Of a DNA stretch of 60,220 nt, positions 1 to 8,955 are shown piece after piece (the first letter of the stretch is position 1; every line of letters starts with the position of its first letter). The DNA comes from Thermoplasmata archaeon. Its GTDB lineage: Archaea; Thermoplasmatota; Thermoplasmata; Thermoplasmatales; ARK-15. The notes below the pieces were generated by a model. The model ran no database searches. It had not been told where the DNA came from and saw only the letters and a list, made by a program, of their open reading frames with translations. Location of the stretch: the NCBI GenBank assembly GCA_049965455.1, contig JBMFWH010000003.1:1-60220 (forward strand), read 5' to 3'. The position numbers and the translations under genes are program-made.

Positions 1-99
1 ATTCGGCATTACAGTATATCTGATCCTGCCGTTTTTTGCATAAACATGAAGAGTCTTTCTGGATATTTGTAGCAGATCCAATACTTCCTTTGCTTTCAT
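1..99 (-). mobile_element. tnpA: IS607-family transposase TnpA (serine recombinase), N-terminal HTH, truncated by window edge
   Basis: Manual translation from ATG 99: MKAKEVLDLLQISRKTLHVYAKNGRIRYTVMPN, a MerR-like HTH typical of IS607 TnpA. The left end is probably near the GG at 364-363 on the minus strand. Confidence 0.8.
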
Positions 100-145
100 T
101 CTTAATAACTTATACATTATGGGTATATAAAGATATTACATTATA

Positions 146-316
146 GTAATAGGTCACGATTCTGAAGTTAAGTTTTCATAAAAACGAGTATTATGCGTAA
201 TTTTCACTGTATTTAAAGGATAGATAATATATTTTATTTTGTAATAATAAATTAAAAATATATTGTATTAAAGGCACTTTCTGTTATATCGCCACTTCAT
301 AATCGTGACCAGTTAC
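146..316. mobile_element. MITE family A, copy 1 (171 bp)
   Basis: 23-bp TIR (GTAATAGGTCACGATTCTGAAGT vs GTAACTGGTCACGATTATGAAGT, 20/23); perfect 8-bp TSD ACATTATA at 138-145 and 317-324; second copy at 4662-4835. Confidence 0.92.
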
Positions 317-364
317 ACATTATACGACTATATATCACGTTTTCTGAAAATGCAAGACTACACC

Positions 365-380
365 GAAAATGTTTTAATAT
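365..380 (+). promoter_or_regulatory. Probable BRE/TATA promoter of tRNA-Val
   Basis: GAAAAT followed by TTTTAATA about 25 nt upstream of the tRNA 5' end. Confidence 0.5.
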
Positions 381-402
381 TGTTGAACATTCTTCTTAAT
401 TA

Positions 403-476
403 GGGCTCGTGGTCTAGCAGGTTATGACGTCGCTCTCACACAGCGGAGATCACCGGTTCGAACCCGGTCGAGCCCA
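403..476 (+). tRNA. tRNA-Val (anticodon CAC)
   Basis: Acceptor stem GGGCTCG/CGAGCCC, anticodon arm TCGCT-CTCACAC-AGCGG, T-arm ACCGG-TTCGAAC-CCGGT; no encoded CCA. Confidence 0.95.
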
Positions 477-579
477 CTGCTAGTATCTGGCAAAGCATGG
501 AATCCAATAGCAATTTAATTTGCTTCAAAGGCTATCAATTAATAAGGTTTTTATCTTTTATGTTATTTAGGATTCTTAT

Positions 580-1086
580 ATGTTATCAATTTATCCAGGC
601 AGATTTCAACCTTTTCATATTGGGCATTTGAAAGCAATAAACTATATTTTAAGCGAGGAAAAAGAGCTGATTATAGCTATAGAAAATGCAATGCAATCTT
701 ATACGCTCGCCAATCCATTTACGGCTGGTGAAAGAATAGAGATGATCTGGAGTACGCTAAGAAGCGAGAACGTGGATCTGTCCAGAATACTGTTGGTACC
801 GGTATCTAACATCGAGAACAATGCACAATGGGTTAACTATCTGAAGGCTCTGGTGCCCGAATTTGATACCTGCTATACAAACAATAGCCTCGTGAAAGTG
901 CTGATGCAGGAAGCAGGCGTAAAGGTTCGTGAGATTCCGTTTTTAGAGAGGGATCGATATCAGGGAAGCGTCATCAGAGCCAGAATCATGAATAATAAAC
1001 CATGGAAAGATCTGGTACCCTCGCAAGTTTACAGGATGATCAAAGATATGGAACTTGATAAAAGAATCAGGAATTTAGGAGAGTAA
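580..1086 (+). CDS. nadM: Nicotinamide-nucleotide adenylyltransferase
   Basis: GRFQPFHIGH and NPFTAGER motifs. Confidence 0.9.
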   Translation: MLSIYPGRFQPFHIGHLKAINYILSEEKELIIAIENAMQSYTLANPFTAGERIEMIWSTLRSENVDLSRILLVPVSNIENNAQWVNYLKALVPEFDTCYTNNSLVKVLMQEAGVKVREIPFLERDRYQGSVIRARIMNNKPWKDLVPSQVYRMIKDMELDKRIRNLGE

Positions 1087-1090
1087 TAGT

Positions 1091-1879
1091 ATGATCTATT
1101 CATTTTTAGGCAAGGGAGGTGTTGGAAAATCTACTATTTCGACAGCATTTGCGATGGAAAAGTCAGGGATTGAAAAAGAGAGTGTGGCATTGATCACGTT
1201 TGATTTTATGCCTTCATTACATCATATATTAAAGGATAGGTATGAAAATATAGATATTTATGAATATTCTGAGGCCACGGTTGCCAACAACTGGATCGAA
1301 GAGTACGGCGATGAAGTGTATGAGCTGATTAGCAGTTTTTTCGATCTTGACAGGTCTATAATTGAGCATATTGCGAGGGCTCCCGGCATAGCGGAAGAGT
1401 TCATGCTGTCAGAGATCCTGGCCATGCGGGCTAGGTACCGTATTATTATATGGGATACCGCCGCCGCTTCTTCAACAATGCATTTGTTATGGGCTGAAAA
1501 AGAGTTTTATGAGCATATAAGCAGGGATATCAAGTTTTATGTGGGCATAAAGAACATGCTTAATAAGATAAACAGGCGCGGCAAAGATCCCATATCGATA
1601 CTGAACCGCTGGCAACTGTTATCCAAGAACGTGTGGGACTTATTAGTGAAAGATACTGTTTTTTTTGTCATAGAGAACGAGGACGAGCTATCTATGATAC
1701 AAGCCATGGAGATAGAGGAAGATCTCAGAAAAATGGGTCTCAGCATAAAAGCGCACATATTAAACAGATGTGAATCCTGCGAAAGCGCCATATCTATTCC
1801 AGAGCTCAAAGGATCAGCTTTAGAGAGAGTGCAGAAGATAAGGGGTTATATTAGAGATAGCATGAAAGAATATCTCTAG
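1091..1879 (+). CDS. ArsA/Get3-family ATPase (single domain, divergent)
   Basis: Deviant Walker A GKGGVGKST, PGIAE, IIWDTA. Confidence 0.8.
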   Translation: MIYSFLGKGGVGKSTISTAFAMEKSGIEKESVALITFDFMPSLHHILKDRYENIDIYEYSEATVANNWIEEYGDEVYELISSFFDLDRSIIEHIARAPGIAEEFMLSEILAMRARYRIIIWDTAAASSTMHLLWAEKEFYEHISRDIKFYVGIKNMLNKINRRGKDPISILNRWQLLSKNVWDLLVKDTVFFVIENEDELSMIQAMEIEEDLRKMGLSIKAHILNRCESCESAISIPELKGSALERVQKIRGYIRDSMKEYL

Positions 1880-1902
1880 AAAAGATACAGGAGGAAAAAA
1901 TT

Positions 1903-2724
1903 ATGGCAGATCGCAACAGCGTGGAAATAATAGTGACCGGTGATGAAGTTCTGAATGGTGATGTGGCGGATACTAATTCCACCTATTTGATCCAAGGCAT
2001 TACGAGTCTTGGTGGCTATGTAACGCGCGTGGTAATTGTACGGGATAACATGGAATCAATTAAAATGGAACTGGACAGAAGCATAAAAAACAATGCCAAA
2101 ATAATCATAACGGTAGGCGGGCTAGGGCCTACGCCTGATGATCTGACCCTAAAAAGCATTGCATATACACTTAAAAGAGCTCTGGAAGTTAATGAACAAG
2201 CACGGGAATTCATTAAAGAGCGATATGAGACAATGGCAAAAAATAAGGTTTTGGAAGATGCTACATTGACCGATTCAAGAATAAAGATGGCCACTTTACC
2301 CAGAGGTTCTGTACCATTAGAGAATCCGGTTGGAACCGCACCGCCAGTGTTAACAATGGTGGACAGTACGATGATCCTATCATTACCGGGCGTGCCAGCA
2401 GAGTTAAAAGCTATTTTCGAAAAAATACTGAAGCCGATATTAATCAATGAATTCGGGACCAGAGTCTTTACAGAGAAAGTGTTGGTATTGAGCAAAAGGG
2501 ATGAATCAAGGATATCGGGCGTGTTGAAATACTTGTCAGAAACTTATAAAGACATGTATTTCAAGTCCAGATCCCAAATATTTGGCAATGAAAGAAAACT
2601 GACCCTCACAATAGCTATTCGGGGCGATAATCTGGAAGAAACCAGCATAAAAATAAATAATGTTTTGAATGATATAAAAGAGAGATTGTTAGAAGTCGAA
2701 GTGAACATTGAGCAAATTATCTAG
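1903..2724 (+). CDS. CinA-like molybdopterin-binding domain protein (COG1058)
   Basis: TGDEVLNG, DTNS, GGLGPTPDDLT, LPGVPAE motifs. Confidence 0.85.
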   Translation: MADRNSVEIIVTGDEVLNGDVADTNSTYLIQGITSLGGYVTRVVIVRDNMESIKMELDRSIKNNAKIIITVGGLGPTPDDLTLKSIAYTLKRALEVNEQAREFIKERYETMAKNKVLEDATLTDSRIKMATLPRGSVPLENPVGTAPPVLTMVDSTMILSLPGVPAELKAIFEKILKPILINEFGTRVFTEKVLVLSKRDESRISGVLKYLSETYKDMYFKSRSQIFGNERKLTLTIAIRGDNLEETSIKINNVLNDIKERLLEVEVNIEQII

Positions 2725-2728
2725 AAAC

Positions 2729-3325
2729 TCACAGTTTTCCAATATCTTTCACGATATTTATGTCAAGTGCCTTATCTCCAATTTTCCAGTTTGCAGGAAT
2801 AGCGCACATATGCCCTTCCGAAGGAGGAGTATCATGCAAATATTTCAAACCCATAAAGGCGGTATAAACATGTACTGCATCTTTGCCAAGTCCATCATTG
2901 AATAGCGAGATGTACTGCACTTTTCCCTCTGGATCGATTATAACGACACCTCTTCTTGCAGATCCCGCGCTTAAATTTAAAAACCCATATTCTGTAGATA
3001 TTTTTTTGTTAAAATCTTCCAGCATCGGTATTTTGCTATTCTTTACTCTCGGAGAAGTACCCACCCATCCTTTGTGAGAAAATACGCTGTCTGTGCTAAC
3101 TGCGAATATTTCAGCATTGTTGCTTTTGAAATCATCATAAATCTGCATAAAAGCCTCTATGTCTGTAGCGCATACGAATGTAAAATCTCCAGGATAGAAT
3201 GTCAATATTACCCACTTTCCACGAAAATCAGAAAGCCTCACATTTTCGATCTTATCAGAGCTCGGAAAATATGCTCTTGTGACAAACTCTGGTGCGATCC
3301 CCTCAATGTCTATTAAACTATTCAT
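2729..3325 (-). CDS. Peroxiredoxin (AhpC/TSA family)
   Basis: FYPGDFTFVC peroxidatic motif, STDSVFSH, IIDPEG, PANW. Confidence 0.9.
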   Translation of the reverse strand: MNSLIDIEGIAPEFVTRAYFPSSDKIENVRLSDFRGKWVILTFYPGDFTFVCATDIEAFMQIYDDFKSNNAEIFAVSTDSVFSHKGWVGTSPRVKNSKIPMLEDFNKKISTEYGFLNLSAGSARRGVVIIDPEGKVQYISLFNDGLGKDAVHVYTAFMGLKYLHDTPPSEGHMCAIPANWKIGDKALDINIVKDIGKL

Positions 3326-3437
3326 TTTACATCACCAGCATAACAAAATTAATGGCACCTATAAAAATTTTTTGTTGTTTTTTCAGCTATAAGTTCGATA
3401 ATAATTAAATACAACTAAAAGATATGGTTTATGGAGT

Positions 3438-3689
3438 ATGAGTTATTCAGAAACCGCTGAATTTGAATTTGAGGAACCGGACGCAGAGATAATATATCAA
3501 TCTCTGATAGTGGAGAGTTTGAGAGAGATTCCAAGAACTAAAATAGAGCTTTCAACGAAAGAGAAGATGCTGAAGCTGACAATATATGCAGAAGACGTAA
3601 ACGCTTTAAGATCTGCGATAAACTCGTATTTAAGATGGATAAATTTATCAATAAATATACTGGAGTTGAAAAGAAATGGTAGAACTTAA
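3438..3689 (+). CDS. pcc1: KEOPS complex subunit Pcc1
   Basis: AEDVNALRSAINSYLRW motif; adjacent to prefoldin beta. Confidence 0.88.
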   Translation: MSYSETAEFEFEEPDAEIIYQSLIVESLREIPRTKIELSTKEKMLKLTIYAEDVNALRSAINSYLRWINLSINILELKRNGRT

Positions 3690-4041
3690 CTTAAGCCCTT
3701 ACTTACAAGAAAAATTGAAACAGGCTCAAAATTTACAACAGCAATTGGAAAGTACGCTGGCGCAGAAGTATCAGTATGACGTGAAAATAAAAGAGCTTGC
3801 AAAGACAATTGAAGAATTAAGCAAGATAAAAGATGACTCTAAAATATACAAAAATGTCGGGGCCATACTTATAGAAGTGAAAGACAGAGCAATATTATTA
3901 AAAGAACTGCAGGATGAAAAAGAGACTCTTGAGGTAAGATCTAGAACGATGGAAAAACAGCAAAAATTATTGGAAGATAAATACAAAGACATACAGGCCG
4001 AGTTTGCCAAGGCTTACGGCCAGAAATCAGAGAGCAGTTAA
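3676..4041 (+). CDS. pfdB: Prefoldin beta subunit
   Basis: Coiled coil with IYKNVGAILIE beta hairpin. Confidence 0.9.
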   Translation: MVELNLSPYLQEKLKQAQNLQQQLESTLAQKYQYDVKIKELAKTIEELSKIKDDSKIYKNVGAILIEVKDRAILLKELQDEKETLEVRSRTMEKQQKLLEDKYKDIQAEFAKAYGQKSESS

Positions 4042-4617
4042 TCTCTCTATTTTTTTCAGGTATTCAGACTTGCAAACATTACAGCAGAAATATTTATTTT
4101 CTCCCCCTACTTTTGCAATGATCGGTTCTCCCTTAATATCTCCCTTGCAATAATAACACTTAATCTTTAACATTGTGTCTTTTTCAACTATGGTTTCGTT
4201 TTCTGATTTATGTTCAGAGAGTATTGAATATCGCTTATATCCCACCATTTCTTCCGCAAGAAGCTCTAAAAACTCGTGTAACTTCTCGATATTTTTGTAA
4301 ACGTATATGACTATAATTACATTCGATTCTGCATTGAGAATTCTCCTCACATTTTCAAGTCCTGATAGCTTATCTTGCAAACTCTTTAATTTTTTTGGGT
4401 CACATTCTATTATGAAAATATCTTTGTAGTTACCAAGTTTAACAAAATCTAGTTCAGCAGTATATTTCTTGATCAATCTTAACTGTTCAAGAACTTTAAT
4501 TTTTGAGCTTACGGTGGGGGTGCTAATATTAATTTTTCTTGCGATTTTCCTGTGCGAAATCCTGGAATCTTCTATAAGCAAGGACAGAATTTTTAAATCG
4601 ATGTCATCCAGCTTCAT
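4027..4617 (-). CDS. Lrp/AsnC-type HTH regulator with C-terminal TRASH metal-binding domain
   Basis: LDDIDLKILSLL..DSRIS HTH; CYYC...FCCNVC TRASH motif. Confidence 0.85.
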   Translation of the reverse strand: MKLDDIDLKILSLLIEDSRISHRKIARKINISTPTVSSKIKVLEQLRLIKKYTAELDFVKLGNYKDIFIIECDPKKLKSLQDKLSGLENVRRILNAESNVIIVIYVYKNIEKLHEFLELLAEEMVGYKRYSILSEHKSENETIVEKDTMLKIKCYYCKGDIKGEPIIAKVGGENKYFCCNVCKSEYLKKIERLTAL

Positions 4618-4661
4618 AAGTATATAAAAAACTTTTAGATATTAAGGTTTTGTCATCTTTT

Positions 4662-4835
4662 GTAATAGGTCACGATTCTGAAGTTAAGTTTTCATAAAAG
4701 CGAGTATTATGCGTAATTTTTATGTTATCTAAAGGATAGATAATATATTTTATTTTGTAATAATAATAAATTTAGAATATATTGTATTAAAGGCACTTTC
4801 TGTTATATCGTCACTTCATAATCGTGACCAGTTAC
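4662..4835. mobile_element. MITE family A, copy 2 (174 bp)
   Basis: Same TIRs as 146-316; perfect 8-bp TSD CATCTTTT at 4654-4661 and 4836-4843. Confidence 0.92.
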
Positions 4836-4871
4836 CATCTTTTGATAAAGAGAAACAACTTTAATTAAAAA

Positions 4872-5882
4872 TTAGTGGTTTGATGGTATATTTGGAAATA
4901 CCAACATCGCATCTCCAAAGCTGAAAAACCGGTACTTGTTCTCGACTGCAATTCTATATGCTCTCATTGTATTTTCATAGCCTGCAAATGCTGAAACTAA
5001 CATCAGCAGAGAAGATTTTGGGATGTGAAAATTGGTAAGCAGCACATCTATCCCGCTTTTGAATCGGTAGCCAGGATATATGAATAGATCCGTTCTCGTG
5101 GCGTTGCTAATGATCTTTCCATCTTTAGCAGAGCTCTCAAGTGATCTCATTACCGTGGTTCCTACGGCTATTAATCTGCCACTCCTATTGTTGATCAGCT
5201 CTGCAGTATCTTTTGAGATACTGTAATATTCATAGTACATTTTATGAGTGGTAATATCCTCTTCCCTGACCGGTGCAAAGGTGCTGAATCCGATATGTAA
5301 AGTGATATACCCGACCTTTACTCCTTTATCCTCAATGTTTTTTAGAAGCTGGCTCGTAAAATGAAGCCCGGCGGTTGGCGCAGCAAGAGACCCTTCATTC
5401 TTCGCAAAAATAGTCTGGTATCTGCCTGTGTCCTTTAACTCTTTTTTTATGTATGGTGGCAGTTTTACAGTGGCAACATTATCGAGGTCTGGTTCTTGTT
5501 CAAACTCTATGGTTCCAAATCCTTCATTTTTCTCTATTACCTTACCTCTCAGGCCATTGAAATCTAAAACTGTTCCAATCCTGACCTTTTTTCCGCCGAT
5601 AATAGCAGTGCATACATTATCCTTTTTGGACGTGATTAAAGCCTCAACTTTCCCACCCGTTAATTTTTTTCCGATCATTCTCGCTTTCAGTACTTTCGTG
5701 TCATTGAATATTATCAAATCGCCTTTTTCCAGGTAATTGATTATGTTATAAAAATAATCGTGAATTATGTTTTCGTTATTGAGCACCATCAACTTCGAAT
5801 GGTCTCTTGGCTCTACCGGGTCCTGTGCTATCAGGGTCTTGGGCAGGTAAAAATCATAAGATTCGAGGGATTTCAGGTTCAT
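4872..5882 (-). CDS. queA: S-adenosylmethionine:tRNA ribosyltransferase-isomerase QueA
   Basis: YDFYLP..LIAQDP..RD.SKLM, FNDTKV..AR, LPPYI, RYQT, GSLAAPTAGLHFT, TLHIG, AVGTT.R.LES, TNFH.PKS, YRFFSFGDAM. ATG 5882 preferred over 5906. Confidence 0.93.
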   Translation of the reverse strand: MNLKSLESYDFYLPKTLIAQDPVEPRDHSKLMVLNNENIIHDYFYNIINYLEKGDLIIFNDTKVLKARMIGKKLTGGKVEALITSKKDNVCTAIIGGKKVRIGTVLDFNGLRGKVIEKNEGFGTIEFEQEPDLDNVATVKLPPYIKKELKDTGRYQTIFAKNEGSLAAPTAGLHFTSQLLKNIEDKGVKVGYITLHIGFSTFAPVREEDITTHKMYYEYYSISKDTAELINNRSGRLIAVGTTVMRSLESSAKDGKIISNATRTDLFIYPGYRFKSGIDVLLTNFHIPKSSLLMLVSAFAGYENTMRAYRIAVENKYRFFSFGDAMLVFPNIPSNH

Positions 5883-5990
5883 GATAAGCCATAAAATGGC
5901 GGCCATTATTAATGGTTTCTATTTATATTTTACAAACCATATAACAAAATATTTTATACAATAAAGAATTATAGGGTTGGTGTAAATTGT

Positions 5991-6548
5991 ATGTATGAGA
6001 TAAGGTTTCATGGTAGAGGTGGACAAGGTGCAGTTATAGCATCAGAGATCTTAGCAACAGCATTTTTTTATGAGAATAAATATGTATCTTCATTTCCATA
6101 TTTTGGGGTGGAACGAAGAGGAGCGCCGGTAACTGCTTTTACAAGAGTTGACGATCAGCCGGTGCTTGTCAAGTCTCAGATCTATTCTCCTGATTTTGTG
6201 GTTGTTCTTGATCAGGCACTGATGGATCAAGTGAATGTTACAGCAGGCCTTAAAAAAGGAGGAGCAATACTGATAAATTCAAACAAAGATCCTGAGTTTT
6301 TCAATTTTGAAAATTCGGTTGCAACGGTAAACGCTACGGAAATAGCATTATCGCATAACCTTGGATCTTCATCTGCGCCGATCGTGAATACAGCCATAAT
6401 AGGCGCCTTTGCAAAAGCTACAAACACGGTGTCTATAGATTCTGTATCAAAAGCAATCAGGGACAAGATAAACATTTCTCCTGAAGAAAATGTAAAAGCT
6501 GCAATAGAAGCTTTTGAGAATACTAAAATCAAGAAAGAGGTGAAATGA
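5991..6548 (+). CDS. porG: Pyruvate/2-oxoacid:ferredoxin oxidoreductase gamma subunit
   Basis: [23 protein letters not shown]. Confidence 0.9.
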   Translation: MYEIRFHGRGGQGAVIASEILATAFFYENKYVSSFPYFGVERRGAPVTAFTRVDDQPVLVKSQIYSPDFVVVLDQALMDQVNVTAGLKKGGAILINSNKDPEFFNFENSVATVNATEIALSHNLGSSSAPIVNTAIIGAFAKATNTVSIDSVSKAIRDKINISPEENVKAAIEAFENTKIKKEVK

Positions 6549-6551
6549 AAT

Positions 6552-6866
6552 ATGCCAGGTTTTCCGACTCCGATAGCAACTGTACCGAGCACAAGCAACA
6601 AAACTGGTTCATGGAGAACGTTCAAGCCTGTGATAGACTATAAAAAATGCATAAGATGCATGATCTGCTGGAAGTTTTGCCCAGAACCGGCTATTATAAT
6701 AGTAGCAAACGATAAGTATGTTTTTCCCAATTCTGCAATATCGAAACTGGATGCTCCTGAGATTGATTATGATTACTGCAAGGGCTGTGGCATATGTGCC
6801 AACGAATGCCCGGCAAAATGCATTAGCATGGTGATTGAGGAGCGTGAAGAAGGTGGATCAATATGA
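6552..6866 (+). CDS. porD: Pyruvate/2-oxoacid:ferredoxin oxidoreductase delta subunit
   Basis: TGSWRTFKP; two 4Fe-4S motifs; DYDYCKGCGICANECP. Confidence 0.9.
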   Translation: MPGFPTPIATVPSTSNKTGSWRTFKPVIDYKKCIRCMICWKFCPEPAIIIVANDKYVFPNSAISKLDAPEIDYDYCKGCGICANECPAKCISMVIEEREEGGSI

Positions 6867-8050
6867 AAACTATGCTTACTGGCAATGAGGCTGCAGCACA
6901 TGGCGCCAGATTGGCAAACGTGAAGATAGTGTCTGCATATCCAATCACGCCACAGACCACAATCGTTGAGAAAATAGCTGAATTTGAAGCAAATGGAGAA
7001 ATAGACGCAAAATACATTAGGGTAGAAAGTGAGCATTCGGCTATGGCGACTTGCATCGCAGCTGAAAACACCGGAGTAAGAACTTTTACAGCCACGTCTT
7101 CGCACGGGCTTGCGTTGATGCATGAAATGCTGATCTGGGCTGCGGGCGCAAGATTGCCGATCGTGATGAGCGTGGTGAACCGGGCGCTGGCGCCACCATG
7201 GTCAATCTGGTCCGATCAGCAGGATACAATTGCGCAGAGAGATACTGGCTGGATGCAAATTTATGCAGAGAACAACCAGGAAGTTCTTGACTCCATTCTC
7301 ATGGCATACAAGATTGCAGAAAATCCAGAAGTGCTTTTGCCAATGATGGTAATAGAGGACGCATTCATACTTTCACATACGACAGAGTCCATAGACTTGC
7401 CTTTGAAGAAAGAGGCGCTCAAGTTTTTGCCAGAATACAATCCGCAATACAAGCTTGATACTTCAAATCCTGCGGGATTCGGGTCTCTTGTTATGCCAGA
7501 CGGTCCTTTCATGGAGTTCAGGCATAAAAGTGAGCTTGCGCTTGAAAAGGCAAAAGAGGTCATAAAGAAAGTAGATGCTGAGTTTCAGGAGCAGTTTGGC
7601 AGGTCCTATGGCGGGCTTGTTGAGAATTACAGGACAGAGGATGCAGATTACGTTATTGCCATGATGGGTAGCACGGCATCTACTGCAAAATATGCTGTTA
7701 ACAAGATGCGCAGTGAAGGTAAGAAGGTGGGGCTGTTAAAGATCCGATCATTCAGGCCGTTTCCAGCTGAAGAGATCAGAGAAACTGCTAAGAATGTGAA
7801 AGTGCTGGGAGTAATGGACAAGAGCTACACTTACGGACATGGAGGAGCATTGTTCAACGAGATTACGTCCGCGTTGTTCAATCACAACAACGCTCCGGTC
7901 AAGAACTTTATTACTGGACTTGGCGGCAGGGATATTACGCCTGAGCTGATAGAACAGATGTTTGAAAATATGATAAAGATAGGGAAGAGTGGACTGGACA
8001 AGGAAATAGAATGGATAAATTTAAACCCTAAATTGGAGGCGAGTTTATGA
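6863..8050 (+). CDS. porA: Pyruvate/2-oxoacid:ferredoxin oxidoreductase alpha subunit
   Basis: AYPITPQT, VESEHSA, GLGGRD. Confidence 0.9.
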   Translation: MKTMLTGNEAAAHGARLANVKIVSAYPITPQTTIVEKIAEFEANGEIDAKYIRVESEHSAMATCIAAENTGVRTFTATSSHGLALMHEMLIWAAGARLPIVMSVVNRALAPPWSIWSDQQDTIAQRDTGWMQIYAENNQEVLDSILMAYKIAENPEVLLPMMVIEDAFILSHTTESIDLPLKKEALKFLPEYNPQYKLDTSNPAGFGSLVMPDGPFMEFRHKSELALEKAKEVIKKVDAEFQEQFGRSYGGLVENYRTEDADYVIAMMGSTASTAKYAVNKMRSEGKKVGLLKIRSFRPFPAEEIRETAKNVKVLGVMDKSYTYGHGGALFNEITSALFNHNNAPVKNFITGLGGRDITPELIEQMFENMIKIGKSGLDKEIEWINLNPKLEASL

Positions 8051-8949
8051 GAAACCTGACAATTCCAGAGCAAGAATTGATGTTGCCTGGCCACACGGCA
8101 TGCATGGGCTGCGGTGCAACAATAGCCATGCGTTATGTTTTGAAGGCGCTGGGCAAAGACACGATATTGTCAATACCCGCATGTTGCTGGGCCGTTATTC
8201 CGGGCGTATATCCGGCGAGGGCTCTTGAGGTTCCGTTGCTTTATACGGCGTTTGAGGTGACAGGCGCAACAATATCCGGCATAAGGGAGGCATTGAACAT
8301 GCAGGGCAGGGAGGATATTAACGTGGTTGGTTTTGCAGGAGATGGTGGCACGGCAGATATCGGGATACAGTCATTGAGCGGGGCGGTAGAGCGTGGCCAT
8401 AATGTGTTTTACATTATGTACGACAATGAAGCATACATGAACACGGGGATTCAGAGATCTTCAGAGACGCCTTACGGGGCATGGACCACCACCACGCAAG
8501 TAGGAAAGTTGAGAGACTGGAAAAAGGAGCAGAAAAAAGACATGGTAGAGATAATGGTTGCGCATCATATACCTTATGCAGCCACTGCCAGCATTGGATA
8601 TCCTGAAGACTTGATAAAGAAGCTACAGAAAGCGAAGGAGATTGAAGGCCCCAAGTTTTTCCACATCTTTGCAAGCTGTCCTACCGGCTGGAAATCGCCA
8701 CCTGCCAAAAGCGTAGAGATTGCAAAATTGGCAGTGGAGACAAACATATTTCCGCTGTACGAGGTTGTTAACGGGGCATATAATATCACATACAAGCCCC
8801 AGAAAAAGGTGGAAATAAGAAGATACTTGGAGCTTCAGGGAAGGTTCAGGCATCTTACTGATGATGACATAAACGAGATACAAAACATAGCCGAGAAAAA
8901 CTATGAACAGTTATTAGAGAAAGAGAAATGGACAAACTCAAAGTTGTGA
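8047..8949 (+). CDS. porB: Pyruvate/2-oxoacid:ferredoxin oxidoreductase beta subunit
   Basis: GHTACMGCG, GDGG TPP motif, YMNTGIQRS, CPTGW. Confidence 0.9.
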   Translation: MRNLTIPEQELMLPGHTACMGCGATIAMRYVLKALGKDTILSIPACCWAVIPGVYPARALEVPLLYTAFEVTGATISGIREALNMQGREDINVVGFAGDGGTADIGIQSLSGAVERGHNVFYIMYDNEAYMNTGIQRSSETPYGAWTTTTQVGKLRDWKKEQKKDMVEIMVAHHIPYAATASIGYPEDLIKKLQKAKEIEGPKFFHIFASCPTGWKSPPAKSVEIAKLAVETNIFPLYEVVNGAYNITYKPQKKVEIRRYLELQGRFRHLTDDDINEIQNIAEKNYEQLLEKEKWTNSKL

Positions 8950-8955
8950 ACAGAG

